Notes under the pieces: generated by a model
The model's input: only the letters and a program-made list of their open reading frames with translations
The model's database searches: none
Told to the model about the DNA's origin: nothing
Translations under genes and position numbers: made by a program
Shown here: positions 17,852 to 26,567 of the stretch, piece after piece
Position numbering within the stretch: position 1 is the first letter of the stretch
Layout of the letters: each line of letters starts with the position of its first letter
NCBI GenBank assembly: GCA_964558415.1
Contig: CAZLDI010000004.1
Coordinates: forward strand, 786-64,785
Source: an uncultured Dehalococcoidia bacterium
GTDB taxonomy: Bacteria; Chloroflexota; Dehalococcoidia; SM23-28-2; RBG-16-64-32
Direction: 5' to 3'
Length of the DNA stretch: 64,000 nucleotides

Positions 17852-18964
17852 CTATTCAGCCCTCAGATACGACTGACATGAGCGGTAGTAGCTGGCTGCC
17901 TTCAAGTTCGCTAGCTGGACATACCGGAGAACCACCCCAGGTTCGGGGTCAATAATCGACACCTCTTTCAATTTGTCATTAGCGGCAATTGTCCGAGACA
18001 GTAGGTTAGCGCTCTCCCAGTCGTTATTGGGGCAGGAGTAACCAAAGATGACGACTCTGTCTGCTTGGCGAAGGCACGCCTCGGCTACTGCCCAAACTTC
18101 CTGAAGGTCGCGATGCAGGATACCCGATTTATGCACGATTGGCGGCACTATAACGGGAAATGCGAAGCGCCGCCGTTCGTCCGGCCATCTCAACGTCATC
18201 GTTGGAAGTAGGTGCTGTCGCCTGGTCACGTAGATAGGGCGCTTGTCATCGAACAACGCTCGGCGTCCAGGATTCCTAGAATTATGCCTGGAATACCAAT
18301 TGAGCGAACCATGCAGTTTCAATACGGCTATGCCAACGAAATCACGATTCTCGCCGAATTGGGCGTCCCCTTTTGGCGGGGCAGTTAGCCGCCCCTTGAA
18401 GGGAAGGCGATAGCATCCTGGGAAAGCAAACGTCTGCCGACCCAGACGCCCTTGGGTCGTTGCGATCTGATGGAGCGCTTTCTCGATCTGAATGTCCTGG
18501 TTGAAACTAATGATTGACAGATTGCCTGGCTGGACGCCTCGATTTAGATGCTGTGTGACGATGCGGTAAAGGAGCGATAGACGGGTCATGGGAACTTTGT
18601 TGGTCGTATCCGCCAACCTACCCACAAATGCCTTCACGAGCGCGAGGAAGGCGTCGAAGGCTGGAGCCTCAAGGTTCCCTCCATAAACGTCGGTGTAGAT
18701 GGCTGCCATTACTCGTTCGAGGGAATCGTAAGCATCCTCCTCGATATCTTGCCTGTAGTTCCATCGCATGTAGTCGATGACGGGGCGAAGGGCGGCACTA
18801 TGCGTCTGAGACGCGGACTTGAAGAAGCCTCGGTCAAGCGGCGGGCGGCGGCGCATAGACTTGCTCATGCAGTCTGCAACCGTGGACCCCGCCCCCAGGA
18901 CAAGGGCTACTCTGTCGTTCCGCATGGCGCGCATTGGGAATTGCCGCTGATACGACTCTGGCAC
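17852..18964 (-). CDS. SIR2-like (SIR2_2/DHS-like NAD-binding) domain protein, a candidate NADase-type defence effector
   Basis: Motifs RVALVLGAGSTV (GAGxS), LKLHGSLNWY and RVVIFGYSCPNNDW match the SIR2_2 family used by ThsA, DSR and SIR2-HerA effectors. It has a GTG start and lower GC3 than flanking genes. Confidence 0.7.
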   Translation of the reverse strand: MPESYQRQFPMRAMRNDRVALVLGAGSTVADCMSKSMRRRPPLDRGFFKSASQTHSAALRPVIDYMRWNYRQDIEEDAYDSLERVMAAIYTDVYGGNLEAPAFDAFLALVKAFVGRLADTTNKVPMTRLSLLYRIVTQHLNRGVQPGNLSIISFNQDIQIEKALHQIATTQGRLGRQTFAFPGCYRLPFKGRLTAPPKGDAQFGENRDFVGIAVLKLHGSLNWYSRHNSRNPGRRALFDDKRPIYVTRRQHLLPTMTLRWPDERRRFAFPVIVPPIVHKSGILHRDLQEVWAVAEACLRQADRVVIFGYSCPNNDWESANLLSRTIAANDKLKEVSIIDPEPGVVLRYVQLANLKAASYYRSCQSYLRAE

Positions 18965-19059
18965 TGATCCGGGGGTCTGTCAAGACGGATGAAGCGACGC
19001 CTGCGCAGCCGGAACCGCTTGGACGAGATCGCGTGGCCACATCTATACTGGCCGCAGCC

Positions 19060-20214
19060 ATGAGTGCCGACCAGGGCGCCCTTAAACGCTTATTTTCAGC
19101 GGAGTTTGGCCGGGCGCCCGAACTGGTCGCCGCAGCGCCGGGACGCGTGAACCTGATCGGCGAGCACACGGACTATAACGAAGGGTTCGTCCTGCCCATC
19201 GCCATCGATCGCAGCGTCGCCGTAGCCGCCACGTCACGAGAGGATGGGCGAGTGTGCGTCAGCGCGCTCGACCTCGGCGAGAAGGACGAGTTTCACACGG
19301 AGGCACTCGAACCGGCTCGCGGCACTGGATGGCAGGCGTATGTTCGCGGAGTTGCGTGGGCGCTGCGGGAGCACGGTGTAAGCCTGCGCGGCGCGGACCT
19401 GGCGATCAGCGGCGACGTGCCGCCGGAGGCAGGCCTGTCGTCCTCCGCTGCGCTGGAAGTGGCGGTCGCCGGTGCGCTCGTGGCTGTTTCCGGTCAGACT
19501 GTGGAGCCGCAGGACCTCGCGTTGCTGTGCCAGCGTGCTGAAAACGCGTTCGCGGGGGTGCAATGCGGGATCATGGACCAACTGGCTGCGGTCTTCGGCC
19601 GCGCCGGCCACGCACTATTGATTGACTGCCGTTCATTCGACGTCACGCCTGTCCCATTCGAGCCGGCTGATGAGATGGCTATCGTAGTCGTGGACTCCGG
19701 TGTCGCCCGCGATCTGGCGCAAACGGCCTACAACTCACGGCGTGAGGAATGCCAGGAGGCGGCCCGCCGGCTCGGAATCGCCTCGCTCCGCGATGTCAGC
19801 GCGGACTGGCTCAAGCAACACTCTGCCCGCCTTCCCGAGACGCTCTTTCGGCGTGCACAGCATGTAGTGACGGAAAACGCCCGGGTTCTGGCCGCGGCCG
19901 CAGCGCTGCGCGAACGCGACCTGGAGCGCGTGGGCCGTCTGATGAACGAATCACACGAAAGCCTCAGAGACGGCTTCGAGGTGTCCTGCCCGGAGCTGGA
20001 CCTGCTGGTCGAGGTCGCGCGGAAGAGCGCCGGCGTCCTGGGCTCCCGGCTGACCGGCGCCGGCTTCGGCGGCTGCACCGTGAACCTTGTGCGCCTCGAC
20101 GCTATACACGTTTTTTGCGAAACGACGGTCGAGGCTTATAGCGCGCAAACGGGTCTTGGCGCTGCCATGTTCGTCTGCCGTCCCAGCGCCGGTCTGAGGG
20201 TCCAACGTGTCTGA
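19060..20214 (+). CDS. galK: Galactokinase
   Basis: APGRVNLIGEHTDYNEGFVLP and GLSSSAALEVAVAGAL are the GHMP kinase motifs. The start was moved to the ATG at 19060 (MSADQG). Confidence 0.85.
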   Translation: MSADQGALKRLFSAEFGRAPELVAAAPGRVNLIGEHTDYNEGFVLPIAIDRSVAVAATSREDGRVCVSALDLGEKDEFHTEALEPARGTGWQAYVRGVAWALREHGVSLRGADLAISGDVPPEAGLSSSAALEVAVAGALVAVSGQTVEPQDLALLCQRAENAFAGVQCGIMDQLAAVFGRAGHALLIDCRSFDVTPVPFEPADEMAIVVVDSGVARDLAQTAYNSRREECQEAARRLGIASLRDVSADWLKQHSARLPETLFRRAQHVVTENARVLAAAAALRERDLERVGRLMNESHESLRDGFEVSCPELDLLVEVARKSAGVLGSRLTGAGFGGCTVNLVRLDAIHVFCETTVEAYSAQTGLGAAMFVCRPSAGLRVQRV

Positions 20215-22492
20215 CCTGCGCTTCGAGCATAGCTCACGTGGGCCGTTATTGGAGAACCGCCACCTGCGCGTGACGACGAACCTCCTAAAGGGAACGTTTG
20301 ACGTCGTGAGCGCAGGGGCAGAGCGTCCAGCCGTGTGGGAGATAGCGTCCTCCTTCTCCGTTGTAGACGGCGGCGTGCTCTCCAGTCTCGACTCGGGATT
20401 CGAATTCGTCGACGCGGGAGCGATCGAAGACGCCCACGGTCCCGGTCTTGAGATGCGCGTCCGGCGGGCCGGAGCGGATGGTCTCGAGCTGACGGCCTCC
20501 ATCGCCATGTACGAGGAGGTTCCGTTTGCCCTAGCGTCGCTTGAACTGAGGAACGACACGAGCGATGCCGTGCGCGTGGCCTGGTTCCGGCCCCTGGATG
20601 CGGGCCGGGTGGACCTGGGAACCCCGGCGCGAGGCTGGCGCTTCTACAAAGAGGGCTGGCAGAACTGGTCCCCGGCGCTCGTGCTCGCCTGCTCCGGCGA
20701 AGATATCAACGTTTCGCCGCCAATCGTGGCGCCGGCGACGCGGCCACCACAGCGAGAGGGACGCTTCGTCTCCGAGCTTGTGACTGCCGTCGTCGATCCG
20801 GCGACGAATCTTGGCGTCGTGGCCGGCTTCGTCTCGACGGCCGACCAGTTCTCGCAAGTATGGCTCGACCGTGACGACGGCACCTTGACCGCAGCCAGCT
20901 ATGCGGATGGCATCGAGGTGCCGGCGGGAGGACGCCTCGCCTCCGAGCGGTTGGCTATCGGCCTTACCAGTTCGCCGGTGGCGGCGCTGCCTCTGTTCGG
21001 CGACGTCCTGGCGCGTGAGGCGCACGCGACACTGTGGCCACAGCCGGTAAGCGGGTGGTGCTCCTGGTATTGCTTCTGGCAAGGGGTCAGTGAGAAGGAC
21101 ATCATCGCGAACCTGGACTTCCTGGCGGCGAACCGCGGGGAGTTGCCGGTGGACTACGTGCAGGTAGACGATGGCTACCAGGCCAGCATCGGCGACTGGC
21201 TGACGCCCAATGAGAAATTCCCTCACGGAATGGGCTGGGTCGCCAACCAGATACGCGAGGCCGGGTTCAAAGCCGGGCTGTGGTTGGCGCCGTTCCTTAT
21301 CGGCGCGGACTCCCGGCTCTGGAAAGACCACCCGGAGTGGGCCGTGCAGTACACCCCCGGGCGGCCGTACGTAGCGATGATCAACTGGAATCAAAACTGT
21401 TACGCGCTGGACCTGACCCGGGCCGACGTGATGGCGTGGTTGGAGCAGGTCTTTCGCACGGTGTTCGATGAGTGGGGCTACGATTACGTGAAGATCGATT
21501 TCACGTATGCGGGCGCGGTTGACGGCATCCGCGCTGACCCGAACGTAACACGAGCGCAGGCCTACCGCCGGGCCCTCGAGATGATCCGGCAGGTCGCCGG
21601 AGACAGGTTCATCCTCGGCTGCGGCAATCCCATAGGGCCCAGCATCGGAGTCGTCAATGCCTCGCGCATCGGCCCGGACGTCGCGCCTTTCTGGCATCCA
21701 CAGGTCACCGGCGATCTCAGCGCCGTCTCCACCTTCAACGCCATCCGCAACGTGATCAGCCGCTACTGGATGCACCAGCGGCTATGGCTGAACGACCCGG
21801 ACTGCCTCATGGTCCGCGACTCCGACACTTCCCTGACCCCAGAAGAGATACGCACCCTCGCCACCGTCGTCGCGATGAGCGGTGGGATGGTGCTGAACAG
21901 CGACAGCCTGCCGCAGCTGATAGATGAGCGTCGGGATATTGTGTCGATGATGCTGCCGGTGTACGGACGGGCAGCAGCGCCGTTGGACTTATTCGAGAGT
22001 GAGATACCCCAAGTTCTGGACCTGGGCTGCGGTTCTCACCGCATGGTGGCCCTTTTCAATTGGGCGGACGAGGCGGTGGACGTCCGAATGCCCATTAGCT
22101 ACGAAGAGACTGCGCTCGCGTTCGACGTTTGGGAGCGGCGATTCGTCGCCGATTCGGGCAACGACCGCGCGTTCCATCTGCCGGCTCATGGATGTAAGCT
22201 TCTCGCCGTGAGAGACAAGATGTCGCGCCCGCAAGTTGTTGGCAGTAGCTTCCATCTCCTTCAGGGTGCATGCGAGATCGAGGCAGAGCAATGGGACGGC
22301 AACGCTCTTCGGGTCACCCTGGCGCCGGTGGCGCGCAAGGAAGGCGCGTTGTACGTGCGGGTTCCCTCGTCGTTCGGTCCTCCTGTGAACGACGGGATGG
22401 GAATCGAGCAGATATCAGACGAAATCTGGGCGGTGCGGCTGAAGCTGACCGATCGCCACGAGCTGCGCCTCACATTCGGGGAGGCTCGCTAG
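20207..22492 (+). CDS. Alpha-galactosidase, glycoside hydrolase family 36
   Basis: CSWYCFW...DYVQVDDGY...KFPHGMGW...GLWLAPF is the GH36 catalytic core. The GTG start overlaps the galK stop. Confidence 0.8.
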   Translation: MSDLRFEHSSRGPLLENRHLRVTTNLLKGTFDVVSAGAERPAVWEIASSFSVVDGGVLSSLDSGFEFVDAGAIEDAHGPGLEMRVRRAGADGLELTASIAMYEEVPFALASLELRNDTSDAVRVAWFRPLDAGRVDLGTPARGWRFYKEGWQNWSPALVLACSGEDINVSPPIVAPATRPPQREGRFVSELVTAVVDPATNLGVVAGFVSTADQFSQVWLDRDDGTLTAASYADGIEVPAGGRLASERLAIGLTSSPVAALPLFGDVLAREAHATLWPQPVSGWCSWYCFWQGVSEKDIIANLDFLAANRGELPVDYVQVDDGYQASIGDWLTPNEKFPHGMGWVANQIREAGFKAGLWLAPFLIGADSRLWKDHPEWAVQYTPGRPYVAMINWNQNCYALDLTRADVMAWLEQVFRTVFDEWGYDYVKIDFTYAGAVDGIRADPNVTRAQAYRRALEMIRQVAGDRFILGCGNPIGPSIGVVNASRIGPDVAPFWHPQVTGDLSAVSTFNAIRNVISRYWMHQRLWLNDPDCLMVRDSDTSLTPEEIRTLATVVAMSGGMVLNSDSLPQLIDERRDIVSMMLPVYGRAAAPLDLFESEIPQVLDLGCGSHRMVALFNWADEAVDVRMPISYEETALAFDVWERRFVADSGNDRAFHLPAHGCKLLAVRDKMSRPQVVGSSFHLLQGACEIEAEQWDGNALRVTLAPVARKEGALYVRVPSSFGPPVNDGMGIEQISDEIWAVRLKLTDRHELRLTFGEAR

Positions 22493-22496
22493 ATTC

Positions 22497-22832
22497 GTGG
22501 CGGCGCCAAGAGCTCTATCTGATAAAGAGGTCGGAGACGGCCTGGCTGAGTTGGACGGCTGGGAACTGCGTGACGGGAGGTTGCGCAAGCAGTATACGTT
22601 CCGGACTTTCCTTCGGGCAGTCGCATTCGTCAACAGCGTGGCTTACATCGCTGAGTCAGCGGGCCACCATCCCGACATCACCATCAACTACAATCGCGTC
22701 ACGTTGCGCTTGATCACTCATAGCGAGAGCGCGCTGACCGACCGGGACTTTTCGCTCGCCGGGCAGATCGACGTCAAACTGGGATCCGGCCTGATGATTG
22801 CCCCGGAGCACGACGAGTCTAAGGACCGTTGA
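22497..22832 (+). CDS. 4a-hydroxytetrahydrobiopterin dehydratase (PCD/DCoH)
   Basis: The 111-aa product contains ...AESAGHHPDI... typical of pterin-4a-carbinolamine dehydratase. Confidence 0.75.
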   Translation: MAAPRALSDKEVGDGLAELDGWELRDGRLRKQYTFRTFLRAVAFVNSVAYIAESAGHHPDITINYNRVTLRLITHSESALTDRDFSLAGQIDVKLGSGLMIAPEHDESKDR

Positions 22833-23697
22833 GCGACCAATCGTAGGGCTGGAAGGCCAATCGCGGGGCCTTGCCGCCACCCTTAAGGCGCTGCCTGACG
22901 GGACCTTCTTCGAGGTAGCTGAGAGCGAATTCGCGCACGCCTCCAGGACCGCCAAAGTCCTTCCCGTACCAGTGAAAGATACGCGAGAAACGCAGGGTCC
23001 CTTGCTGGGCGGTCACGCCGCCGGCGTTGACGAAATTACGTGCGGCCAGTTCAAGCTGGCTGTCAATAGACGGCGCTTCGTAAGCGGCGATTGGGGGACA
23101 GGACCGCGACGCGCAAACAAGAGCGCAGTGGATGCGCGGATCGAGTTCGGTGATGACGAAGGAGCATCTCGGGTCATCAGCCGCGAACTGTCGAAATGGG
23201 ATGGCAGGATGAAAATGGCGCCGGTTACCGCGGAGAACCCCGTGTTCGATATCGTCAGCCGAGTAGCGCATACCGCCTACTCGATAGGCTGCGCGGCGGA
23301 AGAATCCACTATCTTCTCGCACCGACTTCTTGATAGCGAACGCAATCACCGCGTCCGCTATCAACGCGTTGTAAAGATTGATCCAAAAAGCCAGCTTCTC
23401 CGCGCGGGAAGTAAGTGTAGCGGGATCGAAGGCCGTTAGAGATGCTGCGCGTTCGCGGTAGCGCCGGTAGCTGCCGCTCGCCCGCAGCGCGCGATAGTCG
23501 AAGCACCTGCGGCGTGTGTCATAAGCTTCAGCGGCCATCTCTTTGATCGATATGGAGAGTGCGGCCGCGATCTGAGCGCCCGCGACGGGACCGGCTTCGG
23601 TTCCGTCGTTCAGACAGGTCCGGCGATCGATTCCAAGGATCCGGTCGAGCGAGGAGTGGTACAGGCGAGCGATGGCGGCGGCGCGTAGAGCCAACAT
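22819..23697 (-). CDS. DUF547 domain protein
   Basis: AFWINLYNALIADAVI is the DUF547 hallmark. Confidence 0.7.
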   Translation of the reverse strand: MLALRAAAIARLYHSSLDRILGIDRRTCLNDGTEAGPVAGAQIAAALSISIKEMAAEAYDTRRRCFDYRALRASGSYRRYRERAASLTAFDPATLTSRAEKLAFWINLYNALIADAVIAFAIKKSVREDSGFFRRAAYRVGGMRYSADDIEHGVLRGNRRHFHPAIPFRQFAADDPRCSFVITELDPRIHCALVCASRSCPPIAAYEAPSIDSQLELAARNFVNAGGVTAQQGTLRFSRIFHWYGKDFGGPGGVREFALSYLEEGPVRQRLKGGGKAPRLAFQPYDWSLNGP

Positions 23698-24061
23698 GCA
23701 TTACGCGAATACGATGACGGCTGGTTAGCGGGTTGGGCCCAACCACCGGCGGGACAACGAAAGCGCTCCCCGGTCGGCCCGTCGTCGGTTCCGGCCTTCA
23801 GGTCTCGCCTGGGCTTCGGGTCGCCCTTCCGCTCCGGCAAGTCCCTTTGTCCTGATCCGCCTCTGGATCGCCCGGGAAGCAAGGCTCATTCTCCCTCTGA
23901 TCGGCAAACCTGTCAAGAATCCTGAGACGGCCAGTCGGGTGGTAGAGCACCTCACCTGCATCATTCTCCAACATACTCGCACCAGCTCCTTCATCATGGT
24001 CAGGCACGAGCGAATAATAATTTGTTCACAAATCCACACAGTCCACCGCCCGTGGATCGGG

Positions 24062-25570
24062 TCAGGGGAGCAGTTCGTGCCGGAGGATGGCGATGAACGG
24101 CAGGTTGCGGAAGCGCTGATGGAAGTCGAGGCCGTAGCCGACGACGAACTCGTCAGGGATCTCAAAGCCGACGTAGTCCAAAGGCACGTTGATGATTCGT
24201 CTCGCTCGCTTGTCGAGCAGGGTGCAAATCTTGATGGAAGCCGGGCGCTTCGTGTTCAGGTAGTCAGTGATGTGATTGAGCGTCATGCCGGTATCGACGA
24301 TGTCCTCTACCAGGATCACGTCCCGCCCCTTGATATTCTCATCCAGGTCCTTGAGAATGCGCACGGCTGCTGAGCCGTTTCCCTCGTACGAAGATATCGC
24401 CATCAGGTCCACGGCGCACGGGACGGAGATATGGCGCATCAAGTCAGCGACAAAACAGAGCACGCCGCGCAAGACACCGATAAGGACAATCTCTTTACCG
24501 GCGTAGTCGCGGCTGATCTGAGCGCCGAGCTGCCCGATGCGTTGCTGGAGCCTGCTGTTGGTGATGAGAACGCGGTCGATGTCCGGGACCTGTCCGGGAG
24601 AGAGCGGGCCGTAGCCATACTTGGCCAGGAGGCGTAGGTAGTCGCGCTTCTTGAGCATGATTATGTTGACTTCTGGGTGCAGCTCCTTAATCAGCCGCAA
24701 TTTTCGGTTTTTCTCGGCGGTCAGGTTCGCCTTGAGCGTGGTTAGCTCGACGAAGAGGTTCAGGTCCGGGAGGTAGAAGTCCGGAGTGAAACCTTCCGTG
24801 ACGTGGCCGTTGTCCCAGCGCAGAGGGAAGGAGCGGGGCTCATACTGCCATTCGATCCCGTAGAAGTCGAGGATTCGAGCGAATTCGTATTCGGCGTTGT
24901 GAGCGAATGGTTCTGGCACCTGGTCCGTGGGCGCCCCCGTGACGGGGATGCGGGCGCGTGCCCTGGCTAACGTCGACCGCGTCCTGGTTACGGTCTGTGC
25001 CTGCCGCGCCCTCCGATCTCCGGAGGCGGATGCGCTCCCGGTTCCGCGCCTGGTGCGGGGTTGCAGCTGCCGTTCGGATGCGCGGAGACCCGTTTGTGCC
25101 GTCGCCTCGGCCTGTCTGCTCCGGCCCGACGGCCTGCGATCGGGAGAAGTCGGCTTGGGGGCGTTCGCGCGTGATCGGGGCGGGCGGATATCGGAAGGTG
25201 GGGGAGCCGGGACTGGGCCAGCGGACGCGTCGAGGCTGTCTTGTTGCTGAGCAGCACCAGCCTTTCGGTGTCGTCGACCCCCTCGGCTGCCGCGACGGCG
25301 TTTCGGCTTTTCGGCTTCGGGTGAAGCGCTGGCGACTGGTCGATTCTCCTCCGGTGGGTCGGCAGCAGGACGGACGCGCCGTCCCCTTGCGGCACCGCTG
25401 GAACCGTTGGTCGATGTAGCCGGGGGTATGGGATCCGGGTGCGACGAATCTGCTTGAGGATTCGCGGGAGGCGCAGCAAGGAAGGGGAGGATGGAGCGGA
25501 ACGTGCGGGCACCCCTGTTACTGCGGGGCGGCGCGTCCTCCGGGGACGGTTGCTTCGTGGCCCGTGGCAT
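24062..25570 (-). CDS. hpt: Hypoxanthine-guanine phosphoribosyltransferase fused to an N-terminal DUF559/Vsr-like endonuclease-fold domain, itself preceded by a long Pro/Arg/Ser-rich low-complexity region
   Basis: The C-terminal ~180 aa read VLIGVLRGVLCFVADL...ILVEDIVDTGMTL...DEFVVGYGLDF, a canonical HPRT. The middle region YEFARILDFYGIEWQYEP...FTPDFYLPDLNLFVEL resembles the DUF559/PD-(D/E)xK fold and has strong G/C codon bias. The N-terminal ~240 aa have weaker codon bias, so the true start is uncertain. Confidence 0.7.
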   Translation of the reverse strand: MPRATKQPSPEDAPPRSNRGARTFRSILPFLAAPPANPQADSSHPDPIPPATSTNGSSGAARGRRVRPAADPPEENRPVASASPEAEKPKRRRGSRGGRRHRKAGAAQQQDSLDASAGPVPAPPPSDIRPPRSRANAPKPTSPDRRPSGRSRQAEATAQTGLRASERQLQPRTRRGTGSASASGDRRARQAQTVTRTRSTLARARARIPVTGAPTDQVPEPFAHNAEYEFARILDFYGIEWQYEPRSFPLRWDNGHVTEGFTPDFYLPDLNLFVELTTLKANLTAEKNRKLRLIKELHPEVNIIMLKKRDYLRLLAKYGYGPLSPGQVPDIDRVLITNSRLQQRIGQLGAQISRDYAGKEIVLIGVLRGVLCFVADLMRHISVPCAVDLMAISSYEGNGSAAVRILKDLDENIKGRDVILVEDIVDTGMTLNHITDYLNTKRPASIKICTLLDKRARRIINVPLDYVGFEIPDEFVVGYGLDFHQRFRNLPFIAILRHELLP

Positions 25571-25682
25571 CTGACTTCATTGTATGGTATCAGTGGGGTA
25601 ATTGCTATAACTCATGCCTAGAAGTTATCCACAGATGTGGGGAGACGGCGCTTCCAATGGGGGCGCGGGGTGAGCTGATACT

Positions 25683-26510
25683 GTGCCTTTCGCGAACGTA
25701 AACGGGATCGAACTCTACTATGAGGAGCAAGGGAAGGGATTCCCGGTCGTGTTGGCGCACGGCGCTGGAGGCAACCACATTAGCTGGTGGCAGCAGGTGC
25801 CGGAGTTCAGCCGGCGTTACCGCTGCATAACGTTTGACCAGCGAGGCTGGGGATTGTCCGTGGACCGAGACGATTGGGGTCCGGCAGCATTCAGCGACGA
25901 TCTGGCTGGTCTGTTGAGGCATTTGGAGATCGGCGAGGCGTTCCTGGTGGGTCAGTCCATGGGCGGGTTTACCTGCCTAGCATTCGCGCTTGCGAACTCT
26001 CTGCGAGTGCGGGGGCTGGTCATGGCCAACACGTTCGCCGGGATGCGCAGGGAAGTGTGGTTGGCGTCCAGTGACGACGTGCGCTCACAGGCACAATCGG
26101 TGTGGCAGCGCCGAAGGGAGGACGGGGTGAAGCGGGCGCTGGCGCGGGATTTCTCCGGTAAACATAAGGACCGGGCGTTCCTGTACAAGCAGATCCGACT
26201 GCTGAATGAGCACGGCCCGAGCAGATTACAGTCAGACGCGCAAGTGCAACGACTGCGCGCGCTTGAGCGGGCGCCTGATACCGGGGCGACACGGGAGGCG
26301 TTGGGTGCCCTGACGACACCCGTCCTGTTCGTTGGCGGAGAGCATGACGAGGTAATGCCGGTATCACTGATGGAGGTGGCGCAAGGGCTGCTCCCGAACG
26401 CTCGCATGATCGTAGTGCCGGGCGCGGGGCATTCGGTCCACTTCGAGCAGCCGGAGATCTTCAACCATGCAGCCCTGGAGTTTTTCGCGTCTTGTGGTCC
26501 TGACGGGTAA
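25683..26510 (+). CDS. Alpha/beta-fold hydrolase
   Basis: HGAGGNHISW and the nucleophile elbow GQSMGG are present. A TTGTAT...TATAAC promoter-like element lies upstream. Confidence 0.8.
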   Translation: MPFANVNGIELYYEEQGKGFPVVLAHGAGGNHISWWQQVPEFSRRYRCITFDQRGWGLSVDRDDWGPAAFSDDLAGLLRHLEIGEAFLVGQSMGGFTCLAFALANSLRVRGLVMANTFAGMRREVWLASSDDVRSQAQSVWQRRREDGVKRALARDFSGKHKDRAFLYKQIRLLNEHGPSRLQSDAQVQRLRALERAPDTGATREALGALTTPVLFVGGEHDEVMPVSLMEVAQGLLPNARMIVVPGAGHSVHFEQPEIFNHAALEFFASCGPDG

Positions 26511-26567
26511 GTCTCTGCCTAGCTTAGCTCGACGCTTTGGGCCATAATGTTACGTAAAGGGGGTGCG

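Noticed and set aside
20531-21775. 414-aa minus-strand ORF
   Set aside because: Antisense to the GH36 alpha-galactosidase.
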